A DNA stretch of 64,000 nucleotides from Clostridia bacterium (GTDB taxonomy: Bacteria; Bacillota; Clostridia; Christensenellales; QALW01): contig JAZRXI010000077.1 of assembly GCA_045600145.1 (NCBI GenBank), forward strand, positions 36,482 through 100,481. Reading direction: 5' to 3'. Both the position numbers and the translations under genes were made by a program. The stretch's first letter is position 1, and each line of letters starts with the position of its first letter. Of the stretch, positions 54,447 through 63,874 are shown piece after piece. Below the pieces are notes generated by a model that was not told the origin of the DNA, did no database searches, and worked only from the letters and a program-made list of their open reading frames with translations.

Positions 54447-54669
54447 ATGTTGCCTCGGTTTCTTTTAATATGCCGTTTTCTTTTTTAAGGACTGTTATTC
54501 GCTTTGAGTATCCATCCAACAATTTTCTTGAATGCGATACCAACTTTATACCCTGTTCAAATATATCTATTGATTTTTCAAGCGAAACATCCGAGCTTTC
54601 AAGCTTATCAACTGTTTCCTCAAGCTTTTTCATTGCTTCCTCAAGAGACAATTCATCAATACTTTTCAA
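54436..54669 (-). CDS. xseB: Exodeoxyribonuclease VII small subunit
   Basis: 77-aa helical protein (..LEEAMKKLEETVDKLES..SLEKSIDIFEQG). Overlaps xseA and ispA. Confidence 0.87.
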   Translation of the reverse strand: MKSIDELSLEEAMKKLEETVDKLESSDVSLEKSIDIFEQGIKLVSHSRKLLDGYSKRITVLKKENGILKETEATFDE

Positions 54670-55843
54670 TTCTTTTTACCTCCGCGTCCGCTGTGCCGTC
54701 AGTGAAGCGCACATGTATTCTTTCGCCCTCGCTGAGCTTTTTTACCGATTTTACTATTCCCTTTTCATCCTTTACTACCGAATATCCGCGTTCAAGCACC
54801 TTTAGCGGACTGAGTGCGTCAAGCTTTCCCGCAAAAATCCCGAGTCGACTCTCACCGTCCGTCATCCGCGCTTCTTCAAGCGATATCATTTTTTCGTAAA
54901 GCTTGTCGAGCTGTTCTTTTTTTATGTCGATCAAATTTGTCGGATCTCTGAAAATGTCCGCCGCTTCAAGCAGGCGCATGTTAAAATCCGAAATTTTTCC
55001 AGATATGAAGCTTTCAAGACATGTGCTGTAATGCGATATATCCTGCATGATATCGTAATAATCAAAAACCGCAAGCTCTGCCGCCGCCGAAGGAGTTGGC
55101 GCACGCAGGTCTGCGACAAAATCGGCGATAGTGAAATCAGTTTCATGCCCCACCGCCGAAATGATCGGCTTTTTGCAATCAAATATGGTGCGCGCGAGCA
55201 TTTCGTTATTGAAGCACCATAAATCCTCCATTGAGCCGCCGCCTCGTCCTACGATGATAACATCGACATCATCCATTTTTTCAAGCGCGCGTATTCCTGC
55301 GCACACCGAACGTGGCGCATCGTCCCCTTGGACCGTGACAGGCGCCAAAACTATGCTCATCACGGGGCATCTGCGCGTCGTAACATTGATGATATCGCGA
55401 ATGACCGCACCCGTGGGCGAGGTCGCAACTCCGATTTTTTTCGCAAATGCGGGAATCGGCTTTTTATGACTTTTGTCGAAAAGTCCCTCCGCTTCAAGCT
55501 TCTTTTTCAAAAGTTCAAATTCTTTATATAGTCTGCCCTGTCCGTCTTCCTCAAGTGAAAACACCTTAAGCTGATATGTTCCGTCGCGTTCATAAAGCGT
55601 GACCTGCCCGCGTGCAAGCACTTTCATGCCATTTTCCGGCTTGAATTTCAGTGAAAGCGTGTGCGGCTTAAAAAAAGCGCACCTTATCGCTGCGCTTTCA
55701 TCCTTGAGTGTAAAATATATGTGTCCCGATGAGTGGAGCGTCACGCCGGATATTTCTCCCGAAACGGTTATGTCATTCAAAAGCACGTCCATTGATAGTG
55801 CCTGGCGCACATATGAGTTGAGCTGAGAAACCGTTACATTCAT
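54656..55843 (-). CDS. xseA: Exodeoxyribonuclease VII large subunit
   Basis: N-terminal OB fold (VSGEISGV..HSSGHIYFTLKD) and catalytic core (GRGGGS.EDLW.FN). Confidence 0.92.
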   Translation of the reverse strand: MNVTVSQLNSYVRQALSMDVLLNDITVSGEISGVTLHSSGHIYFTLKDESAAIRCAFFKPHTLSLKFKPENGMKVLARGQVTLYERDGTYQLKVFSLEEDGQGRLYKEFELLKKKLEAEGLFDKSHKKPIPAFAKKIGVATSPTGAVIRDIINVTTRRCPVMSIVLAPVTVQGDDAPRSVCAGIRALEKMDDVDVIIVGRGGGSMEDLWCFNNEMLARTIFDCKKPIISAVGHETDFTIADFVADLRAPTPSAAAELAVFDYYDIMQDISHYSTCLESFISGKISDFNMRLLEAADIFRDPTNLIDIKKEQLDKLYEKMISLEEARMTDGESRLGIFAGKLDALSPLKVLERGYSVVKDEKGIVKSVKKLSEGERIHVRFTDGTADAEVKRIEKY

Positions 55844-56667
55844 AAAACACCTGCCGCCTTGACGGTGTTGTACATGAGCATAGCGCGTGTCATCGGGCCT
55901 GTGCCGCCCGGATTCGGCGTTATGGCAAATGCTTTTTCGGCAACATTTTCAAAATCCACATCACCGACCTGTCTGCCGTTGATTCGGCTTATGCCGATAT
56001 CTATAACGACAGCACCCTCTTTTACCATATCGGCAGTTATCATATGTGCCTTGCCTACGGCGCAAACAAGGATATCGGCTTCACGTGTTATTGATGCCAA
56101 ATCAACGGTCTTTGAGTGACATACCGTCACAGTCGCTCCGCTGTTGAGTAACAAAAGTGCCATCGGCTTGCCGACATTGTTGCTTCTGCCGACGACCACC
56201 GCACGCTTGCCCTGAATGTCGATACCGCTTGATTTTATCAGCTCCATCGCGCCTGCCGGCGTGCATGAAACAAATGCGTCGCGGTCATTCATCAGTACAC
56301 CGCCGACGTTGATTTTTGAAAAACCGTCAACATCCTTTTTAGGGTCTATCTCACGAACGACCTGTGCTTCGTCAAGTCCCGCGGGAAGCGGGAATTGCAC
56401 TAAGATACCGTTAACGGAATCATCTTTGTTAAGTTTATCTATAAGCCCGGACAGCTCCTCTTGAGAAGTTGTTGCAGGAAGCTTGTATTCAAGCGAACGT
56501 ATGCCGATTTCGTTGCAATCGTTTGTTTTATTGCGGACATAAATACAGCTTGCCGGGTCTTCACCAACAAGGATCACCGCAAGAGTGACGTTTTTGCCCG
56601 AAGCCGCTATTTTTTTCTTAAGCTCCGCCTTTATCTCACCGGCGAGCTTTTTGCCGTCAAGTATCAT
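55840..56667 (-). CDS. folD: Bifunctional methylenetetrahydrofolate dehydrogenase/cyclohydrolase FolD
   Basis: ILDGKKLA.., LAVILVGEDPAS..YV, TPAG.., VVGRSN.VGKP, NPGGTGPMT. Start set at MILDGKK (56667), 9 nt after GAGG. Confidence 0.93.
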   Translation of the reverse strand: MILDGKKLAGEIKAELKKKIAASGKNVTLAVILVGEDPASCIYVRNKTNDCNEIGIRSLEYKLPATTSQEELSGLIDKLNKDDSVNGILVQFPLPAGLDEAQVVREIDPKKDVDGFSKINVGGVLMNDRDAFVSCTPAGAMELIKSSGIDIQGKRAVVVGRSNNVGKPMALLLLNSGATVTVCHSKTVDLASITREADILVCAVGKAHMITADMVKEGAVVIDIGISRINGRQVGDVDFENVAEKAFAITPNPGGTGPMTRAMLMYNTVKAAGVL

Positions 56668-56672
56668 ATGCT

Positions 56673-57626
56673 TCAGCCTCTGCTCAAATATTTTTTTCTG
56701 CAAAGAAGTGCCACTCCGACTGCGTTATCCGAGCTGTATTCCACGGGCGAAAAGTGCACATCAAGTTGCATGCCCTTCTTTTCAAGTAAGAGCGGGAAAT
56801 TCGTTCTTAAATACTCACTTGACGAAACGCCGCCCGCCATAAGCACACTGCCGACGCCCGCATAATATGTTGCGCCGCCGACCATTTTTGCAAGAGTTCT
56901 CGTTATTGCCGCCATAAGTGCCTCGCAAAGCGCGTCACCGTCACAGCCCGCTTCGAGCTCACGCAGCGCCGCCGCCTCAGTTCCCGAAAAGCTGCAGCCG
57001 TCGAACGAAGCGCTTATCGGAAGTTGTATGCGCGCCCCGTTAAAGTTAACGGCGCGTCTGTCTACCTCTTTGCCCGCCGGGAAGCTCATGCCGAGCTTTA
57101 CACCCAAACGGTCGATAAGCTGACCGGCATTGATATCCTTTGCCGAAGCGATTATCTTTACCTTGAAATCGGCTTCATGCTCCTCGGCGAGAAGTACCTC
57201 GGTAGTACCGCCCGAAAGATGCACTGCGCAAAATTGCTTGTCCGGCATCGGATTATCATAAAGTGCCGCCTGAATATGTCCCTGTTGATGGTCTGTTGCA
57301 AAAAGAGGAACATTGAGCGACATGGCAATGGTTTCAGCCAATCTGCGTCCGGCGAAGAAAACCGGCATATAAGAATGTCCCAAGCCGCGCGGTTGAGTGC
57401 TGACGCACACCGCGGTAATATCAGAAGTATCTATTTTATCGCAAACCGCCTTATAAAGCTCCGGAAAATTGTTCACATGCTTAAAAAAAGCTTCGCTCTG
57501 GCGAAGTCCGCGTTCGCCCTCGGCAACCGAGAGCAATCTGCGCTGTTGAGTGATAAGTCTGCCGTTTTCATCGACTGCCGCGACAGATGTCGTATAGCAA
57601 CTCGTATCAATACCTAAAAAAATCAT
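56673..57626 (-). CDS. Kae1/TsaD (peptidase M22, ASKHA fold) family paralogue; function uncertain
   Basis: LGIDTSCYTTSVA start, DHQQGH in place of the TsaD HHxxGH metal site, and a GGVSSS motif. 317 aa. Confidence 0.5.
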   Translation of the reverse strand: MIFLGIDTSCYTTSVAAVDENGRLITQQRRLLSVAEGERGLRQSEAFFKHVNNFPELYKAVCDKIDTSDITAVCVSTQPRGLGHSYMPVFFAGRRLAETIAMSLNVPLFATDHQQGHIQAALYDNPMPDKQFCAVHLSGGTTEVLLAEEHEADFKVKIIASAKDINAGQLIDRLGVKLGMSFPAGKEVDRRAVNFNGARIQLPISASFDGCSFSGTEAAALRELEAGCDGDALCEALMAAITRTLAKMVGGATYYAGVGSVLMAGGVSSSEYLRTNFPLLLEKKGMQLDVHFSPVEYSSDNAVGVALLCRKKYLSRG

Positions 57627-58045
57627 AAGCTTCTTACATATGCCCCTAAAATTCCGTTAATGAATTGCGGTCCCTCGTCCGATGAATACTTTTTTGCAAG
57701 CTCGACGGCTTCGTTTATTGCCGTTGCCGTCGTAACATCTTCACGGTAGAGTATTTCGCAAAGCGCAAGGCGAAGGATCGAAACGTCGATGCGGCTCATC
57801 CGTTCGATCGACCATCCCTTCGCAAACGTTGAAATGATACTGTTGATCTCATCCGCATGAGCTTTCACGTTTTCGCGGATAAAGCTTATGTATTCAAGCT
57901 CGCGCTCGTGGATACTGCTCCATGATTCATCCTCTTCAAAGAGCTTTCCGAGCATTTCACGCGCCGTACCCATGCCGAAAGTATCTTCAAAAAGGAGCTT
58001 GAATGCAAACTCCCGTGCTTTGATTCTGCTTGCTATATTATCCAT
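57623..58045 (-). CDS. nusB: Transcription antitermination factor NusB
   Basis: Starts MDNIASRIKAREFAFKLLF, 4 nt after GGAGG. Has a ..AINEAVELAKKY.. motif. The ORF-track extension runs into a GC-rich noncoding element. Confidence 0.9.
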   Translation of the reverse strand: MDNIASRIKAREFAFKLLFEDTFGMGTAREMLGKLFEEDESWSSIHERELEYISFIRENVKAHADEINSIISTFAKGWSIERMSRIDVSILRLALCEILYREDVTTATAINEAVELAKKYSSDEGPQFINGILGAYVRSL

Positions 58046-58081
58046 AGTGCCTCCGAAAAAATTTGACTGACAAAAGAGCGG

Positions 58082-58211
58082 GGGATCCGTCCTCCCCCCC
58101 CCGGAGAGCGCCCCCGCCGGCAAGCGCCCCTAAACGTATATCATCCCGTCTCGGGCGTCGTCACGCATGAGTATCGTCCCCGCATGAGTAGCGCCCGCCC
58201 TCGGGATCCGT
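58082..58211. other. GC-rich noncoding insert of about 130 nt, flanked by 9-bp direct repeats, with an internal tandem 16/17-mer
   Basis: GGGATCCGT at 58082-58090 and again at 58203-58211. Tandem TCGTCACGCATGAGTA / TCGTCCCCGCATGAGTA at 58158-58190. Visibly far more GC-rich than the surrounding sequence. Confidence 0.5.
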
Positions 58212-58246
58212 GTGTGCTTAAAACGGAGTCTACGTTTCTCTCCGCT

Positions 58247-58768
58247 TTAAGCTTTTTGCTGTACAGTATTATCTACCTGTATATTTACCTTGCTCACAGC
58301 GATGCCGCAAAGCGTCTCGATATCATTTTTGACGTTTTGCTGTACCTCTGCCGATGCGTCCGGAATTACAATTTCGGGCGAAAACGCCGTTTTTACCGTG
58401 ACCGACACGCCGTTTTCCACCATAAACGAGCGGACGTGTGTCTCTTTTACACCGTTCACACGCTTCACCGCACGCTGTGCAAGCTCATCTATCGTATCAA
58501 TGCTTATGTATATGCCGCCCTCAGCGGTCGTAGCCGCGAGAGTGCTCGGTTTTTTGGCGGAGCCCGCGGATACGAATGCCGCGCGCACAGAAAGGATGAT
58601 AAGCGCCAGCAACACCGCGCTTACGGCTATTTTTATGTAAAGCACGTCTGAGAGTGTCTTAACGGCATCAAACAACGGCGCGCTCCACATACATGACGCG
58701 ATAAAAATACATATTACTGTAAATACAAGCGTCATAAAAATGAGAAGTAATCTTTCTCCTGCTTTCAT
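58247..58768 (-). CDS. amaP: Alkaline shock response membrane anchor protein AmaP-like
   Basis: Two N-terminal TM helices followed by an Asp23-like soluble region. Sits immediately downstream of asp23. Confidence 0.6.
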   Translation of the reverse strand: MKAGERLLLIFMTLVFTVICIFIASCMWSAPLFDAVKTLSDVLYIKIAVSAVLLALIILSVRAAFVSAGSAKKPSTLAATTAEGGIYISIDTIDELAQRAVKRVNGVKETHVRSFMVENGVSVTVKTAFSPEIVIPDASAEVQQNVKNDIETLCGIAVSKVNIQVDNTVQQKA

Positions 58769-58776
58769 AAAAACTC

Positions 58777-59151
58777 CTATTTTTTATCCTCAAGCTGAAC
58801 GCCGAGAATATTTACGTTTACAGCAACCGCCTTGAGTCCTGTCATACCTTCAACGGCACGCTTAACGTTCTTTTGCACTTCGGAAGCAACTGCACTTATC
58901 GTTGAGCCGTACTGCACAATCAAATTAACTTCAACAACGACTTCTTCTCCTGTTATTGTTGCCTTGATGCCTTTTGCAAGATCCTTTCGTCCGAGCAATT
59001 CACCTATCCCGCTTTTGATATTTCCGCTCATTCCGGCAACGCCGCGTACTTCCGTAGCGGCAAGCCCCGAAATTATTGCTATAACATCCTCGGAATACGA
59101 AATGCTTCCCCCTACCTCGGGCATGCTTACTACACCTTTATTTTCTGACAT
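58777..59151 (-). CDS. Asp23/Gls24 family envelope stress protein
   Basis: 124 aa. ..YSEDVIAIISGLAATEVRGVAGM.. is the family signature. Positional equivalent of B. subtilis yqhY upstream of nusB. Confidence 0.85.
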   Translation of the reverse strand: MSENKGVVSMPEVGGSISYSEDVIAIISGLAATEVRGVAGMSGNIKSGIGELLGRKDLAKGIKATITGEEVVVEVNLIVQYGSTISAVASEVQKNVKRAVEGMTGLKAVAVNVNILGVQLEDKK

Positions 59152-59284
59152 TACAAAACACCTCCAAACATATTTCTATTATATCATCTGACAAGCTTTT
59201 TTTCAACAGTTTTTTTTGAATCTTTAGTAAGATTTGTCATAAATGACGGAAATCTGAAATAAAATATCTTCATATATTCTCCCC

Positions 59285-59434
59285 CTATTTACAAAGAATT
59301 ATTCCGATCGCTATAAGAACAGCACCGAGAAGTATGAGCCACATATATGCCGGAATGTTGAAAATAATGAATATCACACCCGCGAGGATACACAGCATCC
59401 CGACAAGATTGCAGCGAAAGAATATTTTTTTCAT
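59285..59434 (-). CDS. Small hypothetical membrane protein (49 aa)
   Basis: Hand translation MKKIFFRCNLVGMLCILAGVIFIIFNIPAYMWLILLGAVLIAIGIILCK. ATG lies 7 nt after GGGAGGAG. Below the ORF-track cutoff. Confidence 0.4.
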   Translation of the reverse strand: MKKIFFRCNLVGMLCILAGVIFIIFNIPAYMWLILLGAVLIAIGIILCK

Positions 59435-59508
59435 ACAAGCTCCTCCCTTTTCGCATTATTATGCTTACTACATAATATACAAAAGCGAGGAAAAATGTTA
59501 ATCCGTCG

Positions 59509-60150
59509 TTATGCGTTCCTTATATTTTCTATCGCTCCGCGCGGATCGGCTGAGTTGAACACACTGCTTCCCGCGACAAGCACGTTCGCACCCGCGTTTT
59601 TGATATCAGCTGCATTATGCTCGTTTATTCCGCCGTCTACTTCGATCATGATATCTCTTTTTCCTACGATGCTTTTGACATTTTCGAGCTTTTTGAGTGT
59701 CGAAGGAATGAATTTCTGTCCGCCGAAGCCGGGATTTACCGACATAAGCAAAATCATGTCAATGACATCCTCAAGATATTCGAGCGATTCGATGCCTGTG
59801 CCGGGATTATAAACGATTCCCGACTTAAGTCCTTTCGAGCGTATGTATTCAAGCGTTCTGTGAGGGTGAAGCGTCGCTTCGAAATGTACGGTTATGATAT
59901 CCGCGCCGGCATCGGCAAATGCGTCTATATAGCGTTCGGGACGGTCTATCATAAGATGCACGTCAAGCGGCTTTTTTGTGTGCTTTCGTATCACTCCGAT
60001 CATCTGAGGACCGAATGAAATGTTGGGCACGAAAATGCCGTCCATAACGTCGCAATGTATCATGTCGGCACCGCAGGAATCAATAAACTCTACCTCTTTG
60101 CCTATCTTGCCGAAATCGGATGCCAATATGCTCGGTGCAATTTTAATCAT
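59509..60150 (-). CDS. rpe: Ribulose-phosphate 3-epimerase
   Basis: MIKIAPSILASDF..HCDVMDG.FVPN..DVHLM..VNPGFGGQKF. Start set at 60150, after GGAGGAAAC. Confidence 0.94.
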   Translation of the reverse strand: MIKIAPSILASDFGKIGKEVEFIDSCGADMIHCDVMDGIFVPNISFGPQMIGVIRKHTKKPLDVHLMIDRPERYIDAFADAGADIITVHFEATLHPHRTLEYIRSKGLKSGIVYNPGTGIESLEYLEDVIDMILLMSVNPGFGGQKFIPSTLKKLENVKSIVGKRDIMIEVDGGINEHNAADIKNAGANVLVAGSSVFNSADPRGAIENIRNA

Positions 60151-61024
60151 AACGTTTCCTCCATTTGTCGCTGATTTCAATAAAAAGCTCTCTGTAGCGT
60201 TCGTATCGTTCAGCCGAAAGCCTGTTTTCGTTTACGGCTTTTTTCACGGCGCAATCAGGTTCGTTTACATGATTGCATCCGTTATATCTGCAAAGCGGCG
60301 CATATTCGGCATATTCATCATAAAGATCTCTAAACACCGAAGGTTCAAGCTCGGGCAACTCCAGCAGCGAAAAGCCGGGGGTATCGGCCACCCATTTGTT
60401 CTTTGCAAATTCTACAAGCTCTGTATGGCGCGTAGTATGTTTGCCGCGTTCCGTTTTCTTACTCAAGCCGCCTGTTTGGAAGGCGTCTCTGCCTATTAAA
60501 AAATTCATAAGCGACGATTTTCCGACGGCTGACTGACCGCACAGACAAGTTATCCCGTCGCCGATATTATTTTTTAATTCTTCCGTGCCCCTACCCTCAT
60601 TTACACTGACGGTATATGCCTTTATCCCGCACTTTTTGTATTGCATCGAAAGCTCAACAGCGCGTTCGTGTGAATAATCACACTTGTTTATACATATTAT
60701 CGGCTCTATTTTCAGCATCCTGCAATAGCAAATGAGCATATCCGCAAGCTTCAAATCGGGCTCAGGCTTTTTGACCGCCAACGTTATTATCAGCGTATCG
60801 ACATTGGCCACAGGCGGACGCAACAGAGCATTTTTTCTTTCGAAAACATCCGTTATCAGATTTTTCTCGTTTTCGCGCTCCGAAAGTAAGACCTCTACTC
60901 TGTCACCTGCCATCGGAGATATATTCATATTTCGGAATTTTCCGGCGGCGTATGCGCTTAAAACGCCGTTTTCGCACAAAATGTCATAAACGCCGGCGAC
61001 GCATTTTATCACAGTTCCGCGCAT
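60143..61024 (-). CDS. rsgA: Ribosome small subunit-dependent GTPase A
   Basis: Circularly permuted GTPase (NKCD .. GQSAVGKSSL) and a C-terminal zinc knuckle C..C.H..EP.C. Confidence 0.92.
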   Translation of the reverse strand: MRGTVIKCVAGVYDILCENGVLSAYAAGKFRNMNISPMAGDRVEVLLSERENEKNLITDVFERKNALLRPPVANVDTLIITLAVKKPEPDLKLADMLICYCRMLKIEPIICINKCDYSHERAVELSMQYKKCGIKAYTVSVNEGRGTEELKNNIGDGITCLCGQSAVGKSSLMNFLIGRDAFQTGGLSKKTERGKHTTRHTELVEFAKNKWVADTPGFSLLELPELEPSVFRDLYDEYAEYAPLCRYNGCNHVNEPDCAVKKAVNENRLSAERYERYRELFIEISDKWRKRYD

Positions 61025-63072
61025 CAGCCGTTCACCTGTGATGCCGTGCGTATCGTCTGCTTATCTATTCTTCGGCTTCCCGAATACAGCTCAAAGGTGA
61101 TATCCTCGATTATTTCGCTGTCGTAAACATATGTGACGTGATTTGCTGAATCGTATTTTCTGTAGTCGGTCTCATCACCGTCGGAATTGTAGACGATAAG
61201 CTCCATATCGGCAGTTTCGTCATTCGGCAAAGCATAATCATAGGTACAGTGGAAGCCGTTGCTGATATAAATTGTAAACTCTATTTCCACTTCGGGCGGC
61301 GTCTGTCCGTTGATATAGATGTATTCGGTTCCCGCGGCGGGGAACTGATAGCCGACACCGAACTTTGCAGGATCGTCGATTTTCTCCTCACGGTATTTTC
61401 CTACCTGGAATCCCGCTTCGGTTATCTTTTTCTTAGCTTCATCTATCGTCTTACAGGAGCTCAAATCGGGTACAACGATCTTTTCCGCCTGAATATTCCG
61501 TATTACCGTTATCGTGATCTCGGAGCCTACAGGCAGAGCCTGCGTCGTGTTCGTCTGGTCAATAACAAGCCCGTTTTCCTTTGACATATCTTCAACATAG
61601 TTAAACTGTACCTTAAAGCCCTGTCCTTCAAGTATCTTGACCGCCTCTGATGACGTCTTGCCTATTATATTTTCGGGTAAAACGCTCTTCGCGCCGCTGC
61701 TTATGTAGATTTTGATTTCGGTATTTACCTTAACTACGGTATGCGGCTCGGGCTCCGTGCGTATGACAGCTCCCTCCGGAACATCTGTCGCACTTTCCTT
61801 TATCCACTTGAATTTTGAAAATTCTTCGGCGTGCAGTACCACACCTGCCGCCTGCTTACTTAATCCGATAACATCAGGCAGTGGCTTTTGCGGATATTTT
61901 CCGTCACCGAACAACAGTGGGATAAGCAACGCTATCACAAGCACGACAGCTACCGCAGAAACAGCTACCGCACCTATTATGACTGCCGTTTTCTTGCGTT
62001 TTGAATGTTTTACTTTTTTGCGTTCATCGTCGCTGACATATGTTACGCGCTTTTTGACGCTTTCCTCACTGCTTCTTTTGCGTGCATCCTTGTCGGCAAA
62101 GTCCTCCGCATTACCGCGCAAAGTACGTTCCGGATTTCTGCGGCGCGGAGTATCAGTCGTATCGTCTGCAGTTTTGCGCAAAGTACGCTCTGTATTCCCG
62201 CGTTCGCCGCGTGTCCTTTCGCGTGTATCGCTTATCACCGTGAATCCCTCGGGATTCGCGGCAAAAAGCAAAAGATCCTCTCTTAATTCGGATGCCGTCT
62301 GATATCTTCTCTGCGGGTCCTTTTGTATACACTTCATTATGATATCATTGATTCCCTTTAAAAGCGACGGATTGACAGTTTTCGGCGGAGCAGGCTGTTC
62401 GTTGACATGCTTCATGGCAATAGTGACCGCTTCCTCGCCCGTAAACGGAACTTTTCCGGTAAACATTTCATAGAGAAGTATTCCGAAAGAATATATATCC
62501 GTTCGTGAATCCACCTGCGCGCCGCGCGCTTGCTCAGGGGATATATAATGTACGCTGCCGACAACATCCTTGCCGCCCATGGTGCGCGTCGTATGTGAAA
62601 GCATACGTGCTATGCCGAAATCGACTATTTTGACTGTGCCGTCATTGGCAACGATTACATTTTGTGGCTTGATATCGCGATGAATGATGTTTTTAAGGTG
62701 GGCATGCTCTATACCCGCGGTGATCTGTAATGCGTAATCAAGTGCTTTTTGCGAGCTCAGCGGGCCTTTTGTGTTTATGATATCCTTAAGCGTTTTTCCG
62801 TCAATATACTCAGTAACCATATAAAGCGAATCGTTCCACTGCCCTACTGCGAATATACGTCTGATATTCTTGTGCGACATATGTGCGAGTGCTTCCGCCT
62901 CAAGGCGAAAATGACGTTCTTGTTCCTTAATGTCCTCAAGTTCTTCACGTATCACCTTGACCGCAACGATCTTGCCGTCGCTCAGTCTGCGTGCCTGATA
63001 TACTATGCTTGTTCCGCCGCTTCCGATTTTGCTTATTATCTCATATTTACCGTCAATCAATTCATTCATCAT
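61024..63072 (-). CDS. prkC: Ser/Thr protein kinase PrkC/Stk1 with extracellular PASTA repeats
   Basis: Hanks kinase motifs GSGGTSIVY..VAVK, HRDIKPQN and DFGIA. A single TM helix, then three PASTA-like units and an extra C-terminal domain. Confidence 0.92.
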   Translation of the reverse strand: MMNELIDGKYEIISKIGSGGTSIVYQARRLSDGKIVAVKVIREELEDIKEQERHFRLEAEALAHMSHKNIRRIFAVGQWNDSLYMVTEYIDGKTLKDIINTKGPLSSQKALDYALQITAGIEHAHLKNIIHRDIKPQNVIVANDGTVKIVDFGIARMLSHTTRTMGGKDVVGSVHYISPEQARGAQVDSRTDIYSFGILLYEMFTGKVPFTGEEAVTIAMKHVNEQPAPPKTVNPSLLKGINDIIMKCIQKDPQRRYQTASELREDLLLFAANPEGFTVISDTRERTRGERGNTERTLRKTADDTTDTPRRRNPERTLRGNAEDFADKDARKRSSEESVKKRVTYVSDDERKKVKHSKRKKTAVIIGAVAVSAVAVVLVIALLIPLLFGDGKYPQKPLPDVIGLSKQAAGVVLHAEEFSKFKWIKESATDVPEGAVIRTEPEPHTVVKVNTEIKIYISSGAKSVLPENIIGKTSSEAVKILEGQGFKVQFNYVEDMSKENGLVIDQTNTTQALPVGSEITITVIRNIQAEKIVVPDLSSCKTIDEAKKKITEAGFQVGKYREEKIDDPAKFGVGYQFPAAGTEYIYINGQTPPEVEIEFTIYISNGFHCTYDYALPNDETADMELIVYNSDGDETDYRKYDSANHVTYVYDSEIIEDITFELYSGSRRIDKQTIRTASQVNG

Positions 63073-63087
63073 ACGACTAATCTCCGT

Positions 63088-63804
63088 TTATTCAAATACA
63101 AGTACCGCCGTGATATTATCCTTGCCTCCGGCATCGTTTGCCGCCTTTACGAGTGCTTTTACGGATTTTTCACAGTCATCCGATACTAAGTCAATAATAT
63201 CTTCTTCTTTTATCATTCCGGTCAGACCGTCGCTTGCAAGCAGAAGCATATCGCCCTTTTGCCATTTGCGGATAAAGACATCGGTCTGCACGAATTTACT
63301 CACGCCTATGGCTCGCGTGATCAGGTTTTTATTTGGATGATTTCTTGCCTCGCTCGCGGTAATGATACCCTTGTCGACCATTTCCTGAACATACGAATGA
63401 TCCACGGTTATCTGTTCAAGCTTCCCTTCAGAAATAACATAGCATCTGCTGTCGCCGACGTTTGCGACGTACAGCATGCCGTCCTTTATCAGCGCACATA
63501 CGAGCGTCGTCCCCATACTGTCGTAAACAAGATCGGCATGCGCGGTAGTAAACACCGTTGTATTCGCGCTTGTGAACGCCTGACGCAAAAGGAGCGTCAT
63601 ATCGTCCTGAGCGGAAAAATTCTCATTTACATGCAAAACAACACTTGCGACTGCAAGTGAGCTTGCCACCTCTCCCGCATTTTGCCCGCCCATGCCGTCC
63701 GCTACGACAAAGAGCTTTATATCGTTTTCATCAGCGGGAATATGAAAGAAATCTTCATTATTGCCGCGAACTCTTCCTTTGTTGCTTGAGCCGTAGTACC
63801 TCAT
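63088..63804 (-). CDS. prpC: PP2C-family Ser/Thr phosphatase PrpC/Stp
   Basis: RGNNEDFF, VADGMGG, SDGL and GGKDNITAV motifs. Sits upstream of prkC. Confidence 0.92.
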   Translation of the reverse strand: MRYYGSSNKGRVRGNNEDFFHIPADENDIKLFVVADGMGGQNAGEVASSLAVASVVLHVNENFSAQDDMTLLLRQAFTSANTTVFTTAHADLVYDSMGTTLVCALIKDGMLYVANVGDSRCYVISEGKLEQITVDHSYVQEMVDKGIITASEARNHPNKNLITRAIGVSKFVQTDVFIRKWQKGDMLLLASDGLTGMIKEEDIIDLVSDDCEKSVKALVKAANDAGGKDNITAVLVFE

Positions 63805-63874
63805 ATTTCCTCCATGTTATAATATTACAAATACCTTTGCAAAGCTGTGTTTTACTGACCGTCCGTTCATTTCA

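Noticed and set aside
58046-58123. N-terminal extension of nusB (MPAGALSGGGRTDPP..)
   Set aside because: It is a translation of the GC-rich noncoding insert. The conserved NusB N-terminus begins at MDNIAS, which has a GGAGG SD.
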